Below are positions 1-12,100 of a stretch of DNA of 58,378 bases, piece by piece. Origin of the DNA: Macrostomum lignano (taxonomy: Eukaryota). The notes under the pieces were generated by a model. The model worked only from the letters and a program-made list of their open reading frames with translations. It searched no databases and was not told where the DNA came from. The translations under genes and the position numbers were made by a program. Every line of letters starts with the position of its first letter. Position 1 is the first letter of the stretch. The stretch covers positions 1 to 58,378 of the forward strand of contig NIVC01004142.1 of NCBI GenBank assembly GCA_002269645.1. Direction: 5' to 3'.

Positions 1-306
1 TTTAATTGCTCCGTCGGCTCGACACCCACCGGTCTGTGGATAAAATCAGCACCTGTCAACATTATGAGCCAGCGGGTTTATTACTTATTAAAGGCAATTC
101 TCTACCCTGTCACGGTTGTTTCATTCTTAAAGAAAATAAGTTGGAAGCTGCCAGCACTGCCGCTTGTCAATCCGATTGGCTTGTAGCATTTCGCGCTTTC
201 AGTCTACGGATCTCGCTGCATATACTGTATGAGAACAAATTGCTGCCTTGGTTCCGTTTTATGCTAAGTTAGTTTAGGCATTTTGTTTACTTATTTCTGA
301 TTTCTT

Positions 307-1255
307 CTTATTTCATCTCTCCCGCTCTTCTCTACCTCTCTTCTCTCCCTTTCTCTTCTCTTCTCTTCCTTCCCTCTCCTCTCTCCTCTGTCTTCGCTCC
401 TCTGTCGTCTCTCCTCTCCACTCTTTCCTTTTTCCTCTCTCCACTTTCCTCTCTCCACTTTCCTCTCTCCTCTCTCCTCTCTCCTCTCTCCTCTCTCTCT
501 CTCCTCTCCTCTCTCCTCTCTCCCTCTCTCTCTCGCCTCTCCTCTCTCCTCTCTCCTCCCTCTCTTCTCTCTCCTCTCCTCTCTCCATCTCCACTTTCCT
601 CTCTCTCACTTCCCTCTCTCCACTTTCCTCTCTCCTCTCCTCTCTCTCCTCTCTCCCTCCTCTCTCCTCTCTCTCTCCTCTCTCCTCTCTCCACTTCCTC
701 TCTCCACTTTCCTCTCTCCTCTCTCCTCTTTCCTCTCTCCTCTCTCCTCTCTCTCTCTCCTCCTCACTTTCCTCTCTCCACTTTCCTTCTCTCCTCTCTC
801 CTCTTTCCTCTCTCTCTCTTTCCTCCTTCTCTCTCCTCTTTCCTCTCTCCTCTTTCCTCTCTCCTCTCTCCTCTTTCCTCTCTCTCTCTCTCCTCTCCTC
901 TCTCCTCTCTCTTCACTTCCTCTCCAGCTTTCCTCTCTCCTCTCTCCTCTTTCCTCTCTCCCTCTTTCCTCTCTCCTCTCTCCTCTTTCCTCTCTCTCTC
1001 TCCCTCTCCTCTCTCCTCTCTCCACTTTCCTCTCTCCACTTTCCTCTCTCCTCTCTCCTCTTTCCTCTCTCCTCTCTCCTCTTTCCTCTCTCCTCTCCTC
1101 TCTTCTCTCCTCTCTCCTCTCTCCTCTCCTCTCTCCTCTCTCTCTCTTTCTCTCTTCCCTCTACTCTGCTTCTTCTTCTCTGCTCTCTTCTCTCTCTCTC
1201 CTTAATCTTCTCTTCTTCTCCTCTCTCTCCTCTCTTCTTTCTCTTCTCTCTCCGT
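307..1255. repeat. CT-rich polypyrimidine low-complexity tract
   Basis: Degenerate (CTCTC/CTCCT)n visible directly. Confidence 0.95.
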
Positions 1256-2139
1256 TATAATTTTCCTTGTATATCCTCTCAAACTCCTCTCTCGCTGTCT
1301 TCCAGCTTTCGCTGATCCGCCCCGAAGTCGCACCCTCAATCCGGAGCTGGCGTTGGACAACTTTGCTGGCTGCTGCTGCTCAGCTCAGCTCAGCAACCCA
1401 GCCGCGCCCGGCCCAGCTCAAATCGCTGTCTATCTGCATATCCAAAGTTCTCATGCTCTCCGACTTAGCCTCGGGGTTGTGGATCCTCCACAGTCTCCTC
1501 TCACCACGGCACCCAAAGGCTGGACAGAATTTCAAAACAAGGCCATGCAAGATCGGAACCGTATTTTGTGACTCGAACCTGCGCAAGCAAGAAGCCAGCA
1601 AGGGTGGATGCCGGCCGGGCCCCTGTCAGAGATTCGGCTTACACAGACTGGGCCCCCTCCGGCAGACAGAAAGCTGGTGTGGTGGGACAGCTTTGATAGA
1701 CCGGGGGGGGGGTATGCCATACCGCATATCGACTGTCGCCACGTGCGCTCCCTTCGAATCTCCTCCCCTCCAGAGTGTCGGCTTGCGCAACAGCTCACGC
1801 CGCCTCATCACCGCCTGTGGCTGCTCGTTAATTATTGAAAATTTATCCCGAGGGGAAGAGAGGAGGGGGAGGGAGAGAGCGGCAATGAGGCGGTTGGCAA
1901 GGGGAAGCGAGCGCATCACAAAGTCAACTCCTCTTACTGCGGAGCTGTTTCTGGCGCTTCGGGGCGGGATTCGAGATTTCTTGTCTCATTAACTGCTCAG
2001 TCGGTATTGGATTGGAGATGCGAGACACTCTCCGGTTTCTCTCCAAGCTATTTGTTGTCATCTTTTAGTGACAGCGCAAACAATAAGAAACAACAAAGAT
2101 AACAACAGAGAAAACAACAGCAAAGCTACAACAAAAATG

Positions 2140-2400
2140 TCAACGACAACAACCAGGAAAACGACAATAACAGTAACAACAGCAACAACAACAACAACAA
2201 CAACAACAACAAAAATAGAAACAATAAAAACAAAAACAATAACAATAACAACAATAACAACAACAACAATAACAACAACAATAACAACAACAATAACAAC
2301 AACAACAATAATAATAATAACAACAATAACAACAGCAACAAAAACAACAACAATAGCAACAAGAAGAAGAACAATAAAGACAAAAACAACAATAAAAATA
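2140..2400. repeat. (AAC/AAT)n microsatellite
   Basis: Direct inspection. Confidence 0.95.
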
Positions 2401-3109
2401 AAACTCTGTCAAAAACGGTCCTACGTTAAAAAAATAATTACTGAGACACCAAAAACCAGCCTCAAAAAAACATTTCACAATGGCTGTTCAAATTATGTAT
2501 AATGCGTATGTGTACACTTTACGTCAATGCAAAAAAGCTTTCTTTTTTAACAGAATCACCAAGAAAAACACAGAAAAGTTTTTTAACTCCATCCCGTTTG
2601 TTAACTCCAAGTGACTGAGGCTGGAGGGGGGCAGAGACGGAGCGATGACCAGGCATCATCAACTTCGTCAACGTCTAGTGTTTCCAAAAGATCATGAGAG
2701 AAGAGCCCTCCTCGCTCCCCCCATGGGAAGCGGAGGAGTGGAAGAGCAAAACTTGATCCTGAGCGCCCTTTTCTCTCTTCCTAATTATCCTAGGATCTGC
2801 GCGCCCACCAGGTGACTGTTGCTCGCACTGGAGCCCGCCTCCTTCATCGTGTCTAACTATAACTGAATTGAGTCACTGTTGAGTGAGAATAAAAAAAGTC
2901 TAGCCATGCAGGAATGCAGGCAGTTAAGGATCTAATTGTGTCCAGACTTCTTCTGATCCTCTTGCCTTTACTGCTCAACTGTGCTCAGCCCACTTGCTGC
3001 CTCTTTAGCCTTCTTTCCAGTCGCTTTGGTTCGCAATTCAATCTTTGACCCTGGCGCTGCACCACGTTAAGAGTAACTCACCAATAAACTCTAATCTCTG
3101 TTCCTTCTC

Positions 3110-3520
3110 TCCGCCTCTCCTCTCCTCCCTTATCCTCTCTCCTCTTATGTCTCCTCTCCTCTCTCCCTTCTCTCTCTTCTCTCTCCTCTCTCTCTCTCTC
3201 CTCTCCTCTCTCCCTTCTCTCTCTCCCTTCTCCTCTCTCCCCTTTTCTTTCTTCTCTCTCTCTTTTCTCTCTCCTCTCTCTTCTTCTCTCTCCTCTCTCC
3301 CATTCTCTCTCCTCTCTCATCTCTCCCTTTTCCTCTCTCCCTTTTCTCTCTCCTCTCTCCTCTTTTCTCTCTCCTCTCTCCCTTTTCGTTCTCCTCTCCC
3401 CCTCTTCTCTCTCCTCTCTCCTTTTCTCTCTCATCTCTCCTCTTTTTCTCTCTTCTCTCTCCTCTTCCCTCCTCTCTCTCTTCCTTCTCCTCTCTCCTCT
3501 CTCTTTTCTCTTCTCTCCGT
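3110..3520. repeat. CT-rich low-complexity tract
   Basis: Direct inspection. Confidence 0.93.
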
Positions 3521-5636
3521 CGAACGCACTCGAGCATAATAGGAGCTAGCAGCATTTCTTTTATCTTGACGCAACATTGTTAATTGAGGATAGTTTCTGA
3601 CAAAACCCTCCCCTGGAAACTTTGCAATAAAACAACACGCTCCCTAAGCCAACTCAGCAGAATTTGGTATTCCAGCAGCGTCAGAACTTTGCTCATTGGC
3701 ATTCTCAGACTGACCCCCTGTTCGTCCGTCAAAGTGTATTTTAACAACAAGCCAGTGCCGCAGCCGAGTGTGCAGGGATAGACTAGCCTGGGCAGCCAGA
3801 GACTGGCCCCAGCTTCCGAGTGATTAGCACCGCCAGGGCTCTTGCCAAATAATTGGAGCCTCAGCCAGGGGACGCACGCCTCCCTCTGTTCAGCAGCAAA
3901 GTCTACTATGATTACGTTAATCGCATTGGCAGCTCGAATTTGATTAGCTTGTTGTTTTCAGGGGATGGCAGGAATTAGGCCAGGCAGGGGGAGCAGACTC
4001 TTAAAACTGTATATAAGACCTGCCAATCTGGTAGAGTTTTTACACGCCTGGTGCTGCCTGTGCAAAACTCATTTCTCTCACTCTCCTCTCTTGCTAGCTG
4101 AGGAATTAACTTTGAAAGGCCCCCCTCTCGTCTGGCGGCAGTGTCTTTTTTTCACTCGTTTTGAGCAGTTTTACTCAGAATCCTGCGCTGCTGGACAGTT
4201 GAATACCGTAATTGGATGAAGTTTGGATGGCACTGCTCCACCCCCCCCTCCCTATTACATCGTCCACGAGTTAAATAGTGGACACTGGATGAGCAGTGCT
4301 CAGATGCGAAACTGCTAAACATATCTTATCCACTGTCCCCAAGTTGGTTAGTCTGAGGCGGTACTGGAAACTGCACGAGCTCTCGCTCTCACTCTTAATG
4401 AAGATGCTCTTGTAGTTGGCAAGCTGGAGGACCAAGGCGAGCTCAAGCAAGTTCTGATGAAGCACGGGAGGGCGCGTGCAGCTGAGAGTCTGAGAGCCAA
4501 TTTCCAGAAAAGCATCTAGTCAGCATCAGCGGCTCCGACTGTGCAGTTCACAGATACAAATCCAGTGCCAAATGAATCTTAGAAACAGAAGAAGCAACAG
4601 TAGTTATGTAATGTGTAATATAGTAATAATATGCTCAATATATATGCAAGCAAGCAGCATAAAGTGTCACAATAGCGCTTCGAAATCTTGGGTTTAGATC
4701 GAGCTCACAAAGTGTGCAACGGAAACTCATAAATCAGGGCACACACACAGGTTTATGCTGTGTACATTTAATTATTCATAATTGCAGTCTTTCAATATTT
4801 TGGGGGTAGCTTTTTTAAAATAAGAGTGGAAACATGAAGACAGGCAAAATGTCCTCAGAGTCATCTGACCGCCAACTCTGCTTGCAAGTGCGGAGCGGTT
4901 AACCCCGGTGTTAACGAGGGTGGATGAATCATATTACAGCAGATCAGTCTGAAATTACACAGAGTGCTGTAATTTAACAGGTAATACTGAGAGTGCGGCC
5001 TCTTAACAACAATTCATGTGGATCATACTTTTTTAAAGAAATCTAATTCTGACGAAGATGTGAATTATGACAAATTAAAAATTACTGCGCAAACTGTCAA
5101 GGTCGGTGAGCGCCGACTGGACACGATGCGGGCACAAAAACATGTTCGATGTCTAACAAAGCTTTGATAGGCATTGGAAACTCACTCAAAATAGGGATAA
5201 AAAATCTTGGGGAAAAACAAAGAGCGGTTTTGGGACTAAGGTGGGCAATAGGGATTTAGCAAGCCCACGGAACACTCAGATAAGTTATTGGTGCCTCAAG
5301 GAGTGTTCGTGCGTGAACCAGCTAATAGAGAACAAAAATTATTAAATCATATATTCTGCATGAACTGATTTTAGATTACAACATCGTTAGCTAATATCAA
5401 TGTAGGTATACTTTCAATAGATTAAATAAGCATTTGCCTGTACAAATGAGAAACCACAGTTCTAAAAATTTCACAATCAACAAGATACAATTCACCCACC
5501 GTGTGTCTCGGCCCTGTGAGCTGTACTGAACAGATTCACTGCGGAAACTGGCTTTTTGATTCCATAGCATGGGTGTACACGAATCTTAACAAGAAGACAT
5601 TGGAGAGGGAGACACATCATGATATTTTCCTTTGGG

Positions 5637-6092
5637 ATAACCCTCCTGATTCGGGATATCCGCCTCCTGATTCGGGACAACCTTCCTGATTCGGGACAAC
5701 CCTCCTGATTCAGGACAACCCTCCTGATTCAGGACAACCCTCCTGATTCGGGACAACCCTCCTGATTCAGGACAACCCTCCTGATTCAGGACAACCTTCC
5801 TGATTCGGGACAACCCTCCTGATTCAGGACAACCCTCCTGATTCAGGACAACCCTCCTGATTCAGGACAACCTTCCTGATTCGGGACAACCCTCCTGATT
5901 CAGGACAACCCTCCTGATTCAGGACAACCCTCCTGATTCGGGACAACCCTCCTGATTCGGGACAACCCTCCTGATTCGGGACAACCCTCCTGACTCAGGA
6001 CAACCCTCCTGATTCAGGACAACCCCTGACTCGGGACAACCCTCCTGATTCGGGACAACCCCCTGACTCGGGACAACCCCCTGACTCGGGAC
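5637..6092. repeat. 19-bp minisatellite CAACCCTCCTGATTC(A/G)GGA, about 24 copies, just 3' of the ONECUT stop
   Basis: The period is visible directly and each unit holds the dyad TCCTGA-T-TCAGGA. Confidence 0.95.
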
Positions 6093-6169
6093 AAGTTTCT
6101 AAGCTCTCCAGACGCCCGCAGCCCCCACTCCCTCTCTCCAAAATCTGTTCAAAGCGTCGAGTTCGAGTT

Positions 6170-9100
6170 TCACGCCGAACTGCCAACCAGCGGCGACGAG
6201 GCGGCGGACGAGTTGAGGTTGAGCGGCAGAGCGATGGGCAGCGGCGACGGCAGGTTAGCCGAGGACAGGGCGGGTCCGCCGGGGCCCGCTGGCAGCATGT
6301 GGTGACCTGGATGCTGCTGATGCTGCTGATGTTGATGCTGGTGATGATGCTGGTGCTGGTGATGATGCTGCTGCTGCTGATGGTGATGCTGGTGATGCTG
6401 GTGATGATGATGCTGATGCGGATGCCCTTGATGCTGCGCCGGCGCGATGCCGGCAGCCACAGCGGCGGCCGCGGCGGCAGCGGCAGCAACAGCCGGGTCG
6501 TCGCTCTCCAGACAGGAGGCCTCGGAGCGCTGATCGTCGAACAACAACGAGTCTGTGCTGCCCGTCCGGCCGTCCTTGTCCTCTTGCCACTTGTCCAGCG
6601 ATCGGCGGCGGGCGTTCATGAAGAAATTTGCCACGGTGGACACCTCGAGGCCGAGCTGCTGCGCGATTGTCGCCTGCATCTCCTTGCTCGGCCGCTTCGT
6701 CTCCTTGAAGATGGCGTGCAAAGTCCGCCGCTGGATGTCGGTGAACACCAGCCGTGGCTTCTTGGGCGGCTTCGAGTCGCCGCCGCCGCTGCCGCCGGAG
6801 GACTTGCCGCCGCCTCCGCCGCCGCCGCCGCCGCCGCCGCCGCCAACGTGGTGTCCAACGCCACCGCCGATTCCGCCGTGGTGGCCGCCTCCGATGCCAA
6901 CCATGCCGCAGGCTCCGGCGGCGGCCGCGGCGGCTGCAGCGGCTGCGGCCACGGCGTCCTCTTCTTTGCGCTTGCAGGCTGCAACAGCGGAGACGCCTGC
7001 GCGGTGAAGCAAATATTGTTTTGGGAACTCTGCTTTTGAGAGACTGCGGCGACATTGAGGAGCTTGGAATTAGTTCTGAGATTAGCGCTCACAGATTAGC
7101 GCCCCGCTAGTTTAGCACCCCCAGATTAGAGCCCCCAGATTAAGAGCCCTCAGATTAGAGCCCCCACCGAAATTAGTGCCCCCCCCCAGATTAGCGCCCC
7201 ACAGATTAGCGCCCCTAGATTAGCGCCCCCGATTAGAACCCCCAGATTAGCGCCCCCAGATGAGCGCCCTCAAATTAGCGCCCCCAGATTAAGAGTCCCT
7301 CAGATTAGCGCCCCCAAATTACAGCCTCCCAGATTAGCGCCCCCCAAATTACAGCCTCCCAGATTAGCGCCCCCCAAATTACAGCCTCCCAGATTAGCGC
7401 CCCCAGATTAGAGCCCCCAGATTAGCGCCCCCCAGATTAGAGCCCCCAGATTAGCGCCCCCAGATTAGCGCCTCCCATATTAGCGCCCCCAGATTAGTGG
7501 CCCCAGATTAGCACCCCCCTCAGATTAATAGTCCCTCAGCTTAGCACCCCCAGGATAAGAGTCCCTCAGCTTAGCGCCCCCAGATTAAGAGTCCCTCAGA
7601 TTAGCACCCCCCAGATTAAGAGTCCCTCAGCTTAGCACCCCCCAGATTAAGAGTCTCTCAGCTTAGCACCCCCAGATTAAGAGTCCCTCAGATTAGCGCT
7701 TCTAGAAGCAGCCGAGGTGCAGGTAAAATTAGTCTAAAACACCTGGCTACTACAACTGAACCCGTGAACATCAGCGCCCCATTGAGCAGCGTGAGAAACA
7801 CTGACAGCTCAGTACAGTCCAAATGACGATTTCGCATCGTGTCGGTGATTTCCTGTAAAGAAAAAAGAGTCGAAAGAGAAAATTGCACCTGGATCGGCAC
7901 CGGCAGCCAGTCGAGTGGAATCTCGGGAGATTTCAGCCAAACCGTGTCGCCATCACGCGTGAAACAGAGAAACAGCAATAATTGAAAGAAGGGGACAGAC
8001 GCCACCAGCAATGGAGATTTGAAGAAGCTTGGGAACTGGGAGTCTGCGCATCCCTAATGCATAGAAGTGGGAATAAAGAGGAGAGAGAGGGAGAGAGAGA
8101 GGGGGTATTTTGGACTCACTTGGTCGAGCAGGGCCGATCCAGCCTCCGCCCCTTATGCTACATCATCAACTTGGCTGGCTGCCTCTGGCCGCCAATCTCT
8201 GCTGCAGAGATAGAGAGTTGGGAAGCTGAGCAGTTGTGAAGAGGCTCCTTGAACAAGGGGCTGTGTGGGGAGGAGGGGAGAAGGATTTGGGGTAGCCGGC
8301 CGTGTAAGGCCAGTGTCGCCCGGAGCTGGGCCCGCTAGCTATACCTATAGTGTTCGGGCTTGCTGCTAAGTTATAACTAAGGCTAGCAGAATCGCAGTAT
8401 CTCACTCGCGGGTCCTGCCTTGCGACAGAAAATTTCCTGTACTGAATGTCAGTCGAAGACAACAATTCAGATGGGACTTCGGTGCCGCAAAATTGGTTCG
8501 GGGGAACCACAAGTGAGGGGGGGATCGTTCGTGTCTCGCTGGGCTTGTCCGGGGATTTGTCCCGCCGGCCGGGTTTTCAACACAAGGGGATTAGCTAAGC
8601 CACACGGCAAGCCCTCATCGGCAGCTGGAGGGGGGCGGAAGGTAAAAAAACCTCTTCGGGATAATTTCTTAGTAGTTTTTTCTCCCAACCTACTTTGCCT
8701 ACTTCTCAGCTTTTTTCCCATCTCTCTCTCCCCCGGTCTCAGTTTGCTCCACCTGAATTGAGTCAGCTTGCTTCTTTGGCGGATGAAGACAAACTTTTGT
8801 GCTGTTTAAGCAGGAGGCTCGATTTATTTTGCCATGCAGCTCTGCAGAGCCATGGGGAGTTGTGGGAAGTGCGTGGGGATAAATTATTGACAGGGCTGGG
8901 CTGGGCCTATGCACCAAATCCCAACTAGCAAGGCAAAGGGGCTTCGCCAGCTTGAATGTGCTAAAATACAGGCCAGGTGCTCCTCCCCTCAGCTTGGCAG
9001 CTCCCAACAGTCTCCCAACCTGTTTCAATTTAATCCTTTCGGTTATTTTTTACAGCTTTCTATATCTAAATTGTTGTTGACAACAAAAAATTTGTCAGTT

Positions 9101-12100
9101 ACTGCAACCAGTTCTTGTTGGACACTGCAGTGTCTCAAGTAGGCTTTCATTTGTCAATAATTGTCTGTCAAGTGCCCTGCCCCTTCAGTAGCATCCAGTT
9201 CCGGGCAAAAAGATGGCAGAAGAGGCCAGAAAGCACTGGAAATTAGGCCTTTCTGAATGTCTGGGCAGCCTGATGGTGGACCCACTTCCTTAGCGACCGC
9301 TAAGTCAAGGCAAACCCAGCCCCCTAGGGCAGAAATTTTCAATCTTTGAGAAGCAGAAAATGACAGACGGCTGCTAAATGGTTGCAATTTAAATCAGTCG
9401 TGCTGAAGCTGCAGTTTGGAGTTGGAGTTGGGCGGGTCTGCTGAAAGCAATCAAGCAGCCGCTTGTTTCCGAAAGCTATAATCAGGCAGAGAATGGGGAG
9501 AGAAACTCTCTCTTGAGTTTTTCCTTTAACATCTTCTGCAACTAACGGACCGTGAGTTCAGGATTTCACTAGCACAGCGTTCGACTTGCCCTCCATTTTC
9601 TATTTGTAAATTAGCATTTTTTAATTCTTGCTTTTCAGATGTGTCAGATGCTTCAGAGCAGTGCTGACAGTTTTATAATGTGTGTCAGATGCCTCAAAGC
9701 TCTACTGACAGTTTTATAATGTGTGTCAGATGCCTCAAAGCTCTACTGACAGTTTTATAATCTGTGTCAGACACCTCAAAGCCATACTGACAGTTTTATA
9801 ATCTGTGTCAGATGCCTCAAAGCTCTACTGACAGTTTTATAATGTGTGTCAGACACCTCAAAGCCATACTGACAGTTTTATAATCTGTGTCAGATGCCTC
9901 AAAGCCGTACTGACAGTTTTATAATGTGTGTCAGATGCCTCAAAGCTCTACTGACAGTTTTATAATGTGTGTCAGATGCCTCAAAGCCGTACTGACAGTT
10001 TTATAATGTGTGTCAAATGCCTCAAAGCCCTACTGACAGTTTTATAATGTGTGTCAGATGTCTCAAAGCCCTACTGACAGTTTTATAATCTGTGTCAGAT
10101 ACCTCAAAGCCGTACTGACAGTTTTATAATTTGTGTCAGATGCCTCAAAGCCCTGAGCTCTCCCTACCCCTGTCTCAGCCTGCATGGAAGCGGCAGTTTG
10201 GTTTCACCTGTGACCTTCGTGGATTCTGTCACAGCAGTTTGACACAGCACTGTCGCACACGCCATTATTTTCGCCAAAACCGCCCAACTTATTTAATCAG
10301 CCTGCAGTTCAAAAGTCCTCTCCACTGGGAAGTTGTTGCGCCGGGCTCATGCGGTAAACCCCTTGTTCTCTCCCGAGTCCTCCCTTTCCTCACCCCCCCC
10401 CCGAAACACGGTGCAGTTCTGAGCTCCAACAAAGTTATGTCCACCAATTTCAACTCCCAACTTCAGCGGTCCTTATTTTACTAAACAGAGCTTAGAGACC
10501 ATATAAAATGCTTGGTTAGTTAGAATTGAAATTCAACTGTTGCAGTCGCGATATGTAATATGAGCATATACTGGCTCAGCACTGCAGTGAGAGGAGTGAG
10601 CAGAGAGAGCGGCCGGAGTCGGGCCAGAAACACAGAAGGCACAGGCCGAAGCGCACTACCAACTCACGCAGTCAGTTCGAACCACATAAGCCATAAGCCC
10701 GTGTTTTCCAACCCTAGGCTGAACTGCCGCACTGCAGGGGGGGGGGGGGTTGGATTCCTTTTTTTGTTTTCTAGGCTTCCTCTGCTGCTCTTGGCCTCCA
10801 GTTGCTGGTTGAAATTATGCTGAGCAGGAGGAGTGGGAGAGAAGAGGAGAGAGGAGAAGACAGAAGAGGAGAGGAGAGGAGAGAAGGCAAGAAGGCAGGT
10901 GTTAAGCGGGGGGAGGCAAATTCTGCGGTAATGCGGGGGGTTCGTTTGTGCGCAAATGACGTTTGAATTTGACTTAAAATTCGACTCGATATATTTTTGC
11001 CTCTCAACATACTGGGGGATTGTTAGTTACACTGAGCTATAATCCCCTCAGCTGTAGCTGCCTGTGTAGTTAGATTGAGTAATTATTGAATTCGTACAAT
11101 ATTAAAATATTAAAAATCGACAGGAAGCTAAACAGACGAGGCCCGACTGAATGCGGACTTCCCACAACCAAAGCGAACAAGAGATCAAGTTTGAATTAAC
11201 TGTTTCGTTTCACTGCCATCCCTGCTAACTCACTAAAATCGTCCCACGAGGATTAAGGGAGAAAAGAGAGAGTAAGGAGGAGAGCAAAGGGTGAAAGTAA
11301 GGGATGACTTAGGGGAGGCTGGGAGGTCTTCATCTTTGGTCGGGAGTCCTTCACGCTGCAGTCAGGCGTGACAGTTTGGTAGGAGAAGGGACAGGGGAGG
11401 CTGAGCTGCCCCATCAGCCTCATATCAGCTGGCTGACTGTCGCTCCCCAGGGGGGCGAGGAGGCTGCCGGTGTTATCTTGAAGCAGAAAAAAGGGGAAGT
11501 TAAGACTCGGGACAGACTGAAGGAGTTCGGAGCTGATAAAAATATTTCTGAATGACAGTTGTCAGATCGGCTAGCTCATTTTCTCCTCAAATATAATATC
11601 GGCTCTGGTTCCGCAAATCGACTGCGGGCCGCACTGCCTCTGCTAATATTGAGTCTGACGATACTGTGGCTTAATGTCATTTGCAGGAGTGTGTAGCTGT
11701 AGGGATCCAGAGGGAGAGTTCGGGGGAGAGAGTCCAGTGGGAGAGAGTCCAGTGGGAGAGAGTCCAGTGAGAGAGAGTCCAGTGGGAGAGAGTCCGGTGG
11801 GAGAGAGTCCGGTGGGAGAGAGTCCAGACTGAGAGAGTCCGTTGGGAGACAGTCCTGAGGGAGAGAGTCCAGTGGGAGAGAGTCCAGTGGGAGAGAGTCC
11901 AGTGGGAGAGAGTCCAGTGGGAGACAGTCCAGTGGGAGACAGTCCAGTGGGAGACAGTCCAGTGGGAGAGAGTCCAGACTGAGAGAGTCCGGTGGGAGAG
12001 AGTCCAGAGAAAGAGAGTCCAGTGAGAGAGAGTCCAGTGAGAGAGAGTCCAGTGAGAGAGAGTCCAGTGGGAGAGAGTCCGATGGGAGAGAGTCCTGAGG

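Noticed and set aside
313-1039. Arg/Glu-rich ORFs (also 3045..3555)
   Set aside because: Translations of CT/GA low-complexity tracts.
1267-1992. 241-aa plus-strand ORF
   Set aside because: Starts at a non-ATG codon, has no recognisable domain and no coding-like bias.
2068-2502. Poly-Thr, poly-Leu and poly-Cys ORFs
   Set aside because: (AAC/AAT)n microsatellite artefacts.
6255-7110. Alternative-frame and antisense ORFs over ONECUT exon 2 (also 14045..15054 over exon 1)
   Set aside because: Shadows of a GC-rich, triplet-repetitive coding exon.
9640-10150. CRISPR-like appearance of the 41-bp and 42-bp (51226..51760) arrays
   Set aside because: Head-to-tail units with no unique spacers, no cas genes, and a eukaryotic context.
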